NCBI RefSeq assembly: GCF_964204865.1
Contig: NC_135264.1
Location: 13,206,001 to 13,270,000 of the forward strand
Direction of reading: 5' to 3'
Source: Styela clava
Taxonomy: Eukaryota
Length of the DNA stretch: 64,000 nt
The first letter of the stretch is position 1; each line of letters opens with the position of its first letter. The position numbers and the translations under genes are program-made. The notes under the pieces are model-generated. The model was not told the DNA's origin and made no database searches. It saw only the letters and a list, made by a program, of their open reading frames with translations. This document shows, one piece after another, positions 1 to 11,883 of this stretch.

Positions 1-339
1 TAATAGTAACAAGATCGCTTACACTTAAGAGTTTAAGAATTTTTCCGGATATAAAACGATATAAATATAATTACCTTTAATTTGCTGTTAAATGTTTCAA
101 CGTGGAATGTGATGAGTTTTTTCACATGTTGGAGAGACTCCGCCTGAAATATAAGGTGGCAAAATCGTAAAAGAGTACAGCGGTAAATTTTTATTTTTGG
201 TCGATAAACTCTGGTAACAAAACTGCTCAATAATAATGAATACTGAATATATTGAATTTTGTTCGAATTAAACATAATATTCATCATCAAGCGTCATAAA
301 AAAAAAAACGGTAAAAATCTTTTTGGCACGCTGTTATCT

Positions 340-3300
340 TGAACTTTATTACCGTATAAAATTTAAGTTACCTCATTAATCCTCCTTGGTATCCTGAATG
401 AAAATCATACATTTCAATAGTATTGAATAATCTTTGGTTTGTGTTCGTCGCATCTTGTTTTCGTTTCACATCTTCGGACTCCATTTTCAGTTTGTAGTAG
501 TAATAAAAATTCAAAGAGTAATCTAGGTATAATTTTAGTCTATAGTATAATAATATAGCTGTAATATAAAACGTGATATTTTGTTAAATGGAGCCAAGTG
601 TGAGAATATAACAAGACACAGATTCACAATTATTAGAAAAAAAATTTAATAAACCGTTGCTACCTGACGGTCGCGGTAATCTAAAAAAGACCGACGAGCA
701 AGAAGTGCCCGCATAAGAATCGAGATTTAATCGCTTTTGGATCGAAAAGAAATATACAAAGACATGATATCATAATTCTTGGTTGTATTACAAATTTCTG
801 TCAACCAAATGTCGTAAACTAATTTCATGATCGTAAAAATTCAAATAATCACCTTATTACTTCATTATCGCCTCCGTTCGCATATTCTTTCGTAGTCTGA
901 TTCAGAAAATGAAAAGTAAAAATCTAAGAATTTGCTATCAGAATTCGCTCAAATGTTTCAGTAAAGGCCTGCTTAGTTCAATTCAACTATATTAGCATAT
1001 CTATAAAAAGATAAAAATTAGCTGCAAAATACAACGTTTCAAGTATACAGAAGAGTAAGTGAAACAGGGTAGAGTCGTAGACAATTAACAATAAGTAGAC
1101 GAAATAAGACGGCAAGAAAAAGTAAAGAAACACACAATTAAGATTTTGCAAAGAGCGTGACACCAATTAATGATTGCCGTTGAAATGAAAAAAAAATATT
1201 ACAATAAAATATGTTACCTTTGAAATAGCCAAACAAATTCTTTCTTCAAAGTTTATATTCAGCACATATAAAGTCATCGATTCCACAGTCTCAACTAAGT
1301 TCCCATTTTCTGTTGCTATCCAGCAGTTTCCGATATCAACATTAAGTTTGTTCACTCCAGTAAGTGCAAGGTACGAAAGCTGAGGCAGGGTGATTCGAAT
1401 ATGCAGAAACGTAAAAAAAAACGATAAATTTACAATTGAATCCCTATTCTATACTAAATTTACTTTCAACTACATTGGTTATATTAACTGTAAAAACTGA
1501 AGATATAAATGAAACGTAGTGTAACAATTTACTGGTGTAAAAAGGGGAAAAATCCGTAAGAATTATACGGTTACCTTATTAATCCTTGATCGACACCTTG
1601 GTTTGTGTTTATCACATCTGCTATTTTCGTTCCAATTTAAAAAAAAATCAGAACTCATCACGGCATTTCCAATTTGTAGTAATTTAAATTAGCAGTTATT
1701 TAGATCTAATTTTAATTTAGTGTAGCTGTAATAGATGTAAAGAACTTAAAATGTTAGGAAAATCAACGTGATGGGATATGAAAGGATGAGCGACACTCAG
1801 ATGCAGTCAACTCATTTAAAAAGCAAAATCAGAATAAATAATGAATTAACCGTTCTTACCTGACGATGGTGGCTTGTATCTAGTGGATTTTTTTTTGGCA
1901 CAGATCAAAAAAAGATGAGCCTGTAAAATACGTCAACATTTAACAAGTTTGGAATTTAAAATTATACTCAATACATGATATCACGATTCTTGGTTAGTAT
2001 TTAATCAAGTATTTTATACTCTATTATAGTAGGCAGGAACGCATTAATCAGTGGTAATTTAATTGTTAATTTTGATTGTAAAAGTAATCACTTACCTTAT
2101 TACTTCTTGATACACTCGCTTCGCCTAAGCCTTCGTAGAGTCATAAATTCAGAAAATGAACAAGAATTATCAGAACTTGCAATCCAATTCATATATATCA
2201 AAGACCTAGGTTTAGTTTAACTACATTAGTGTAACTGTAAAGAAAATAGAAATTGGATGTAACAAAATTAAACACCGAGGTAAATATGATGATATGAATC
2301 ATCGAAAAAAGCAGTGCGTGGCAAAAGATGGGAATATAATAATGAAACAAACAGTCTGCAGAAGAAAAATGACAAAATATTACAGTCAAATATCTTCAAA
2401 ATGGCCAAACATTCGCGAATAACCGCTTCTTCGGCAAGGTTTTTATTTAACACATATATGTAGTCATCAATCTCAACCTAATTCCACAGTCTCAACTTAT
2501 TTTAAAGTTCGCATCACCTGTTCCACTCCAGCAGTTGCCGATATCAACATTTGAAGATTGTTTACATCTGTTAATAGGTTGGATAAATGCGGATGAAAAT
2601 ACAGTACGATGAATACGCAACAACAAGTTAAAATAGGTCGGTTAAAACAGCAGAAAAGTAAAAAAAAACTTAAATTCAAATATACTTACAATTCTTATTT
2701 GTTTGATATCCTCTATTCATTTACGTCACTCATTTCCAATTGAATTCAAAACTCTTAGACTAAATCTACTGTAACTGCATTTGTTATTTGTAACTGTAAA
2801 GAGTATGAAAATCACAGAAGATGATTGTAACGTAATACAAACGTTTGCAAAACAATGATGCACGTAGAGACTGAAAGAACGGTAGATGTACACGAAACTA
2901 CACGAAATATACAATATAAGTAAAGAGCCGTTACGGCAATCATAGAAACAACTATCAGTAAATCTAAAATGTAGTGTGAAGCAGACGTAGCCAATTAACA
3001 ATAAGTCGACGAAATAAGACGGCAAGAAAAAGTAAAGAAACACACAATCAAGATTTTGCAAAAAACGTGATACCAATTCATGATCGCCGTTGAAATGACA
3101 AATATATATTACAGTCAAATATGTTGCCTTTGGAATAGTAAAAACAAATTCTTTCTTTAAGATTTATATTCAGCACATATAAAGTCATCAATTCCACAGT
3201 CTCAACTAAGTTCCCATTTTCTGTTGCTATCCAGCAGTTTCCGATATCAACATTAAGTTTGTTCACTCAAGTGCAAGGTACGAAAGCTGGGGCAGGGTGA

Positions 3301-5370
3301 TTCGAATAAGCAGAAACGTAAAAAAAAACGATAAATTTACAATTGAATCCCTATTCTATACTAAATTTACTTTTAACTGCATTGGTTATATTAACTGTAA
3401 AAACTGAAGATATAAATGAAACGTAAGGTAACAATTTAGTGGTGTAAAAAGGGGAAAAATCCGTAAGAATTATACGGTTACCTTATTAATCCGTGATCGA
3501 CACCTTAGTTGTGTTTGTCTCATCTGCTATTTTCGTTCCAATTTAAAAAGTTCAGAACTCATCACGGCATTTCCAATTTGTAGTAATTTAAATTAGCAGT
3601 GATTTAGATCTATTTTTAGTTTAGTATAGCTGTGATAGATGTGAAGAACTTAAAATGTTGTTAGGGAAATCAACGTGATGGGATATGAAAGGATGAGCGA
3701 CACTCAGATGCAGTCAACTCATTTAAAGAGCCAAATCAGAATAAATAATGAATTAACCGTTTTTACCTGACGATGGCGACTTGGATCTAGTGGATTTTTT
3801 GGCACAGATCAAAAAACTTGAATATATTAAATAAAAGCGATGAGTCTGTAAAGTACGTCATACGTAAAATACATTTAATAAGTTCAGAATTGAAAATTAT
3901 ACTTAATACATGATATCACGATTCTTGGTTAGTATTTAATCAAGTATTTTATACTCTATTATAGTAGGCAGGAACGCATTAATCAGTTGTAATTTAATTG
4001 TTAATTTTGATTGTAAAAGTAATCACTTACCTTATTACTTCTTGATACACTCGCTTCGCCTACGCCTTCGTAAAGTCATAAATTCAGAAAATGAACAACA
4101 ATTATCAGAACTTGCAATCCAATTCAAATATATCAAAGGCCTAGTTTTAGTTTTAACTACATTAGTGTAACTGTAAGGAAAATAGAAATTGGATGTAACG
4201 AAATTAAACACCGAGGTAAATATGATGATATGAATCATCGAAAAAGGCAGTGCGTTGCAAAAGATGGGAATATAATAATGAAACAAACAGTCTGCATAAG
4301 AAAAATGACGAAATATTACAGTCAAATATCTTCAAAATGGCCGAACATTCCCGAATAACCGCTTCTTCGGCAAGGTTTTTATTCAACACATATATGTAGT
4401 CATCAATCTCAACCGAATTCCACAGTCTCAACTTATTTTAAAGTTCGCATCACCTGTTCCACTCCAGCAGTTGCCGATATCAACATTTGAAGATTGTTTA
4501 CATCTGTTAATAGTTTGGATAAATGCGGTTGAAAATACAGTACGATGAATGTGCAACAACAAGCTAAAATAGGTTAATTAGAATGAGCAGAAAGGTAAAA
4601 AAACGCGAATTCAAATATACTTACAATTCTTATTTGTTTGATAACCTCTATTTATTTACGCCACTCATTTCCAATTGGATCCACAACCCTACGACTAAGT
4701 TTACTTTAACTGTATTCATTATTTGTAACTGTAAAGACTGAAAATGATTATAAAGTAATGCACACGATAACGACACAATGATGCACGTCAAGTCGTGAAA
4801 GGCGGACAAAATGATAGAGGTATTACCGAAACTACACGATTTAGGTAACATACAACCCAATTTAGGTAAAACTCCGTTATAGCATAAAAGCATAGAAACA
4901 ACTTTATCAGTAAATCTAAAATCTATTTGAAGCATTTGAATGTACTTACGATGCTCACTTGTTCTAACAAGAACATTTCCTTGTTCTCGATCGCCTCCAT
5001 TTGTTTACGCCGTCGTCTCTGGTTCAATAATTACACACCAAGAATCAGTTAGTACTGTGCTATGGCCTAACTGAAGTAAAAGGTCTTTAGTAATCATTGC
5101 ATCTTCCGATTTAGATCCACTCCGTCGTAAATCAATAATGGTAGGCCTAAGTTTAGTTTAGCTGCGTTAGTATGGCTATAAAAAAATATATAAAATGACT
5201 GCAAGATAATACAAAAGTTAGAATATAAGAGAATTAGCGACAAACGATTCCCATAAATCATGACAAAATAAAGTCAAAATTACCAAATATAAAAACAATG
5301 CTCACCCGACAGCGTCAAATTTGAAAAGACCGCCTTGGCGCAGACAAATACTGACGTGGCAAGAAAAAAG
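340..5370 (-). repeat. Nested tandem array of duplicated 5' exon/intron modules, mostly pseudogenised, of an unidentified minus-strand gene
   Basis: Two highly similar units of about 1.92 kb (about 1082-2970 and 2993-4922) plus a more diverged partial unit (about 340-1020). About 11 homologous minus-strand acceptors (TTACAG/TTATAG; plus-strand C at about 559, 1001, 1488, 1726, 2235, 2794, 3395, 3630, 4171, 4729, 5176) pair with GT donors. Confidence 0.85.
372..484 (-). CDS. Putative first coding exon of an unidentified gene continuing leftwards (MESEDVKRKQDATNTNQRLFNTIEMYDFHSGYQGGLM)
   Basis: ATG at 484 lies inside an exon bounded by acceptor TTACAG (559-564) and donor GAG|GTAACT (372/371); the frame is open to the donor. 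Homologous exons further right have early stops. Confidence 0.35.
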
Positions 5371-6734
5371 CTTGATTATAATAAAGAAACAAAAAGCGGA
5401 GGAGGTCGCAAAATGAAGATGCTTTTTCATTGGTTATTAGGAATCACGTGACCAGTAAAGTCTGCCACACTACTGTGTTCTCCGCAAACTGGTGATTTTT
5501 TGAAGCTTTCGCTTAATTTGTCACAACTCGAGTCTGCGAGTAAGTTACCCGCAATATATCCGGGATAAACTTAATATCCGGAAGACACTCAAAATGACCG
5601 TGAGTTAGAGGAACTAATAGCCAAGGCTTTTGCTAGGATTCAAGATCAAATCGAAATACCTATCACTCGTTGTGACACAAATATATGCAAATTGTGCAGA
5701 TTCCTCAAATGTGAAGCGCATAGTGAATGCGCTGCTCAGTAGGTCTCACCCGAGGCTTAAAGTGAACACGGTGGAAGCGCCTATGGGAATAGCGCCCAAC
5801 TATACTGATGGAAGCTGTAGATGAAAGGTCACCCTTTTATATATGCCAGATGCATATTTAGGCGTCTTAAACCAGAACCAAACTTGACCTTCATCAATTT
5901 CATTTCCAAAAATTATTTGAAATCCCAAAAATACTCGAATATTCTGAGTATTCTCGAAATGACTGAAATTGCCCAAGACATTCATAAACCTTTCAGAGAT
6001 AAAGTTCGAGAAATTTTTATATGGCCATCATTCATTTTATAATCAATTCAACGCACATTAAATCTTTATATGAATATATTCATTTTAAATGTAGGAATTG
6101 CTATTCGCCGAGAACAAGCCATGGATGATCGGAGACGAGACTTAGTCACGTTACTCAGTTTAGAATCACAATTTTGACAGAATTGAATTTTTTCGTCATT
6201 TTCCCCTGATTTATATATGAATATTTTTTTAACTATGACATTGGCGACCAACGAAAGTAATTCTGACAGCGAAATATTTTGAGTAGTCTTCGTGCACCCT
6301 ACGAAATCCTGCGTCACAAACATTCAAATGTGGAACGACCGAAGAAATTTATAGTAAATAATTGAGTTTTTGATTCATAAAAAGCGCATACTCTTTCAGG
6401 TAATAGTAGAATTATGTGGATTCTGTCCAAAGTCCAAATACCTCACATTTGCAACGCAAGTATGAAATTTTGCGGCCATTGTGAACGAACTTTGATCTGT
6501 GCAATATCTGGCGTATAGACCTAGGGGTGTAACGTTCATTCCATGTCTGTGCGACGTTATTGTACACAATTTGCTCATTAGGGTATGTTTTCAATATCAT
6601 GTTTTCTGCGCCACTTTAACACGTTTGATAAACGCAACCGCGCGTGCTGATCTATATTTGCGCATCATTGTTACAAATTAACAGATTACTGTAATTCATG
6701 GTCGCGGTTTTACAGTAAGACTTCAAATTGCTGT

Positions 6735-9004
6735 ATGTACCGGTACTATACTTCAAATACTATTTTTGTTCGGGCTGTGGACGTAATCGCTGCCGTACTT
6801 GCAACAATGAATGCTTCAAATTGTAAACGAGCCGAAAATTCTTCTTGGGCAGTTTATGTTTTTGTGGTATTCGCTATTTTCTCTTCGCTTTCAGGCGTTG
6901 TGGGTTGGGCAATATGTTTGATAGCGTGCTGTGGAATATTATATTGGCACAAATATTGGTCAAATTATGGTAAAATTCCTTTGGTGGCATGTAAAAAGAA
7001 TACCAAACTCGATAAGTTTTTGGAAAGACATATCTCAACATTAAGACACCCGTACATGCCGTTGTATTGGTGTCCTGGGGCAAGAGCAATAACGATCATA
7101 CGTTACTTCGTTCCTTGTGTTGGACACCTGGAATTAAAGAGAGAAATACTTCATGCCGACGACGGTGGGATATTTGGTGTTGACTGGTGTCACAATAAAT
7201 CAAGTTCTCAATATTCGGAACCAAGTACGAGGCCGACAATAATAATTGTTCCGGGTTTATCATCAACGCCTGAATCCGGATATATTAAATCAATGACTCT
7301 TTGTTTAGTTGAAAGGGGATTCCGAGTTGTCGTCTTAATTTACAGAGGACTTGGAAACTTGAAACTAAAAGTAAGTTGTGATTTTCTGTTTAGAGATTTA
7401 GTCTTACATTGTTACAATTTATAACCGAAATTGCTATCGCCCATGATAAAATAGCATGCAAAAAATGAATATGACAGCATTCAATTTCTGTTAAGCCGAG
7501 TAATTCGTTGATAGAAAAGCAAAATCAACAGTATGTGTGTTTGCTATACAATATCTATCAAGCTATTTATCTATTTACCTCCCTGCTGAATAAATATGTC
7601 TGCGACTTCTGCCATACCACGTCCGTCGTTAACGTACCCGTTTGCCCTTTGAATGGCGTCAAAGCCGTCAGTACCATAAGCACGTAATTACTTAGTTCAA
7701 AGATCAGTGCCCTGCACTGTTTTAGCGCATGATTATGTAACCATCCACCATTAACGAAATAATTTAAAAAATTTCAAAATACACTTCCTAATTCACTTTT
7801 CTTGTACAGTATTTGCGTTTAAAATTCGTTAACTTTCAGACACCAAAGACACATTGCGCAACACATACGTCTGACTTGGCAACACTTGTCGATGTAGTTC
7901 ATGAACGTTTCCCAAATGCTAAACTATATTGCATCGGCGCCTCACTTGGAGCATTGATAGTAGGACGATACATGAGTGAGCGGGGTGATGACGTCAGAAT
8001 TGATGCAGGGCTGCTATTTGCATGCTCATTCCATCCTCCCATTTGTATGGAAGAGTTTGAGCTATGGAGTAATAAGTTACTTCTAAACTTCCAAGTCACT
8101 CAAGGTTTGAAGGAAAACTATCGACGTCATAGTCACGTTTTTGAGTCAGTCGTGGACCATGAAAAAGTGGAAAAATCCGCATTCCTCCGAGACTTTGACA
8201 CTCATTTTACGGCTCCAGTTTTTGGATACAAAACTACTGAAGACTACTTCAATGATTCAATTTTTTGGGGAGATAAAATGGAAAATGTAAAACGACCTTT
8301 ACTTTGCGTCAATTCCAATGATGACCCATTCTCACCTGAACGAGGTAACGGGTGTATTTATGTTTCAAACTAGAACGAATTTTGAATTACGTGTGCCCTG
8401 GGTGAAGCCCTATAGCAATTATGGGGGTTGCAATTGTCTAATAACAAAACTTTGTGTGCATATAATATAATATAGGCGATTTCAGATTGTTCGACAAAAC
8501 TGTTGTCAGCATTTATATTACTAAAATCGGTACTCCCGTGGTATATGTACCAGGTTGGAGTTAAGCCATAATTTTATTCCAATTTTCCTTGAGCTTTCCG
8601 GTTGAACTGAAAATATTTTAGTTCTATTACGAGTTTGGGGACTGTCTGTGTTAGCCAGGTGAATATACCCCTTTCCCATAGGGTTCTCTTTAAACAACTT
8701 GATGTAAAGTAGGCGAACAAAATTATTCACCTCCATATTGGTACATACACTTCTAGGGTGCCCTAAAATCTTCATAGTCTGGTTCTCAGTCATTTTGTTT
8801 ACGCCAGATAACTTGACTTTGTTCATTTTGCGCTTTTCAGGTTTACCAAAGATGGAAGTTACTCAAACGGAGAACGTCGCCCTTGTGATGACTTATGGCG
8901 GAGGACATGTCAGTCACCTTGAAGGGTGGAATCCATTTTCAAAGAGTTATTTCGAGAAAATAATGGTAGAATATTTTGATGCAATGATTCAGGGAAAATA
9001 TTAG
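6735..9004 (+). CDS. ABHD3: ABHD1/ABHD3-like alpha/beta hydrolase (phospholipase-like), 3 exons: 6735 (or 6807)-7370, 7840-8344, 8841-9004
   Basis: N-terminal hydrophobic anchor; DGG..vDW and IIIVPGL motifs; nucleophile GASLG; NSNDDPF (Asp); GGHV (His). GT-AG introns are phase-consistent. Confidence 0.9.
8529..8762. mobile_element. Merlin-like MITE, family A, in ABHD intron 2
   Basis: GGTACTCC...GGGTGCC termini; perfect 8-bp TSD CTAAAATC (8521-8528 and 8763-8770); related copies elsewhere in the window. Confidence 0.8.
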
Positions 9005-10381
9005 ATTTGCAGAAAACATACGAGATCCTTTCGTAAAATATGTTTCTTTATTAGCTGTTTCTTTTTATGTTTTTCATTTTCATAGCTATTTCCACAGTTA
9101 TTATATATTATTTGCTTCTAATGTTTTTCAATGGAAATAAACGTAATATCGTGGAAAGGAGTATGGATATGACATCACAGTGAAAAGGTACTTATGGTAT
9201 AGACAAGAAGTTTCCAACACGCGGCCCGCGAGGCAATTTTTTTCGGCCCGCGTCATGGTTGAGATTTTTCTATGAAAAACTCAAATGGTAACATGTCAAC
9301 TATGACTAACTTTTATCGTGTCGTATAACATCAAGAGTCTGGTCCGACAAACTGTAAAAGGTGAAACAAAAATTTCCCCTCATTATTCCACTTTACCAAG
9401 TTCATATTTTGTTCTATTTTAATAATTAAACTGTAAACGGTATTTTCATTGAGACAAAATGAACGAGTTTCGGTCGGATCATTGTGGCCGAAGAACGGTT
9501 TGCAAAGATAATTAGACACTCTCGTCGCATAGTTGCGTATTTGGTAGTACTTATATTCGCGAGCAGTTTTTTCAACTATGAAAGTTAGCAAGTCAGCCCT
9601 CCGCACATGACTAGCGGACGAGCATTTGCATGCTGTCTTAGGACTAGCAAACCAATTTTCATGTCTTTGGTGTAAGATTCGAGTGTAATTTCAACAAATA
9701 CATTCCGATTTCTTTAATTATTTTTTGTGAATCAATTCTGTACCCAATTTCTTGGTTTGCGACTCGCGTCGCCAATAAAGTTCAAAAAGTGGCTCATGAC
9801 ATATTTTGAGTTGGAGACCTCTGGTATCGACAGAATTAAGGATTTGCCTATTCTAAATGAACACCATAACTGTGGCTCATTGGATTTTGTTCTAGCGTAT
9901 TTAGAGACGTCGTCCTATAAACACTGTATGCCTATATGTGTGCTCGAGGAGTATTCAGTTCAGACTGTTTACTGCTTTTAAAGATTAATTCAGGCATGTT
10001 TGGGGCTCTGATCTCTATCTAGAACCCGACTCTATTTTGATGTTGTTTTATTGATCAGATAAATAAGAGTAATTTTAGTAACATGATCAAAGTAGATGTA
10101 TTTCATGTTTATCATACAGATATGAAAGAAAAGATAAATGTAAATAATCGTTCACTTATCTACAGAGTATGTTGATTTGATTATGTAAGATAAGCACACT
10201 ATTAGTCAGTTATTAGAAACATGATCACACGTGATAACTGTTTATCAGTTCGGGGCTATTGATAAGCTGAACAGCCATTTACAATCACGATTATTATCGA
10301 CAATAAGAATATAAAAGCACTAATACCAAAGAAATTTAGATTATTGTATTACGAACACAAGACAACATTAACAACTACAAA

Positions 10382-11362
10382 ATGATTTCCTACCGTCATC
10401 CTTACCAAGCTCTATGGAATGCTCAATTAACGCCATTCGTTCGTTATAATTACGCTGGCATTGCAGATTTGGAAGAAATTACAACAAGAAAAAGAAAGTT
10501 TTCATCAGACGAAGGATCAGATCTCGTGAAATCCAAATATGTGAATCCGAGGACTGAAGTTGCCAAAATTTTTGAAGTTCCAAAGCAGTCAAAGCCAGTC
10601 GTTAAGGTGGACACTGACAAAAGAAAGAAGAAAATTACTTTATTTACCATAGACTCAATACTTGGACACTCGACCGGGGAAAGCCCAAGAAAAAAGAGAA
10701 AACTTCAACTTACACATCCAACAAATAGAAAAGATGATTCAATTGATTCGGGTTTTTCGTCATCTGGAGAAAATGAAGAATCGGTTGTTGTTAGTACAAA
10801 TGACGACAGCGGAATTTGTATAAAAGATTCCAATGAACAACAAAAACTACCAGTCAATTCTAAGTCTGCTCAACCACAGTTACACCGACCCAAAATAGAA
10901 AACATACGACCGGCCTCGGAAAGCTTAAATCACATGTATATGCCTATCAATGGTGTACATTATTTTTATCAAGGCTTCAACAGATTTAGGCAACAAAACT
11001 CGATTCCTAAACATCAACATGCTATGTCATATGCACCGATTCAAGCAATAGCTTTCGTTGACCAAGAAATCCGACCAAACTCAACAACTTCAAGATCTCA
11101 AAAAACAGAAAAGACTAAAAGGACAAGAACTACATTTACTCAAAAACAATTGGAACGTTTGGAAATTGAGTTCAGCAATCATCAATACATTGTTGGCATT
11201 GAAAGACGAGAACTTGCTAGAAAGCTCAGACTGACAGATGCGCAAGTTAAAGTTTGGTTTCAAAATAGAAGAATTAGGTATAGGAATGAGAAGAAGCGCG
11301 AACCCGAAGAAGAAACCAAAAAACTCGATATCCTCAAACGTGAAGCGTTTGGAGAACCTTAA
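10382..11362 (+). CDS. Not-like (NKL class) homeobox protein, copy 1, intronless
   Basis: 326-aa ORF with eh1 motif FTIDSILG and homeodomain KRTRTTFT..QLERLE.EF...QYIVGIERRELA..L.LTDAQVKVWFQNRRI; AATAAA at about 11455. Confidence 0.9.
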   Translation: MISYRHPYQALWNAQLTPFVRYNYAGIADLEEITTRKRKFSSDEGSDLVKSKYVNPRTEVAKIFEVPKQSKPVVKVDTDKRKKKITLFTIDSILGHSTGESPRKKRKLQLTHPTNRKDDSIDSGFSSSGENEESVVVSTNDDSGICIKDSNEQQKLPVNSKSAQPQLHRPKIENIRPASESLNHMYMPINGVHYFYQGFNRFRQQNSIPKHQHAMSYAPIQAIAFVDQEIRPNSTTSRSQKTEKTKRTRTTFTQKQLERLEIEFSNHQYIVGIERRELARKLRLTDAQVKVWFQNRRIRYRNEKKREPEEETKKLDILKREAFGEP

Positions 11363-11774
11363 GATATATCTCTCTGTAGTATCCATTCAAGTTGCAAAAT
11401 TTTATTATTTTTTTAAATCGTTTGTACAGTTATTTTTGCCTGAAAGTTTCATTAAATAAAATTGTTGAGTAATATTTAAAAAATATCTGCTTTAATCATT
11501 TATCAGTGAGTGTGCCTATAGAATAAAATCCAGGGGTATGCAATCTCTTCCCTGCCGAGAACTAAAACTAACTTATCATAATTCATCATAGTATCATACT
11601 TTCTACAGCACCGTACTGGTATTCATCGCTTGCTGGTATATTGCCCAAGTCTTTTTGTACTTTTGTATGCTGACCGACATTGGCGTGGTTTCGAATTTAG
11701 ATCGTCACACACGCACACAGTGATCGAGTTCCAGCTGCATAATGTATACTAATTCCGCTGTATACGAATTTTCA

Positions 11775-11883
11775 GGCGGTTCTGTTACAAAAATTCATGT
11801 AATGCTAACCGGTTCGCTGATCTCATAAAATTACGTGAGACGATTCTATAGAACCGGTGCGAACCGGCTGAATCCCACCACTG
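11775..11883 (-). mobile_element. hAT-type MITE end (CAGTGGTGGGATTCAGCCGGTTCGCACCGGTTC), nested in an older CAGGGG-type element (about 11531-12053)
   Basis: CAGTG terminus at 11883 on the minus strand with subterminal CCGGTTC repeats; the other end is not clearly resolved. Confidence 0.5.

Noticed and set aside
1200-4500. Intronic C/D or H/ACA snoRNAs in the array (TGATGA/CTGA and ACA-like motifs)
   Set aside because: Boxes and stems are not conserved across the four copies, I found no convincing rRNA complementarity, and substitutions fit a coding frame better.
340-5370. Spliced-leader RNA gene array (repeated ..AATAAG|GT)
   Set aside because: Each AATAAG|GT ends an exon of 140-190 nt preceded by an acceptor; there is no short invariant leader.
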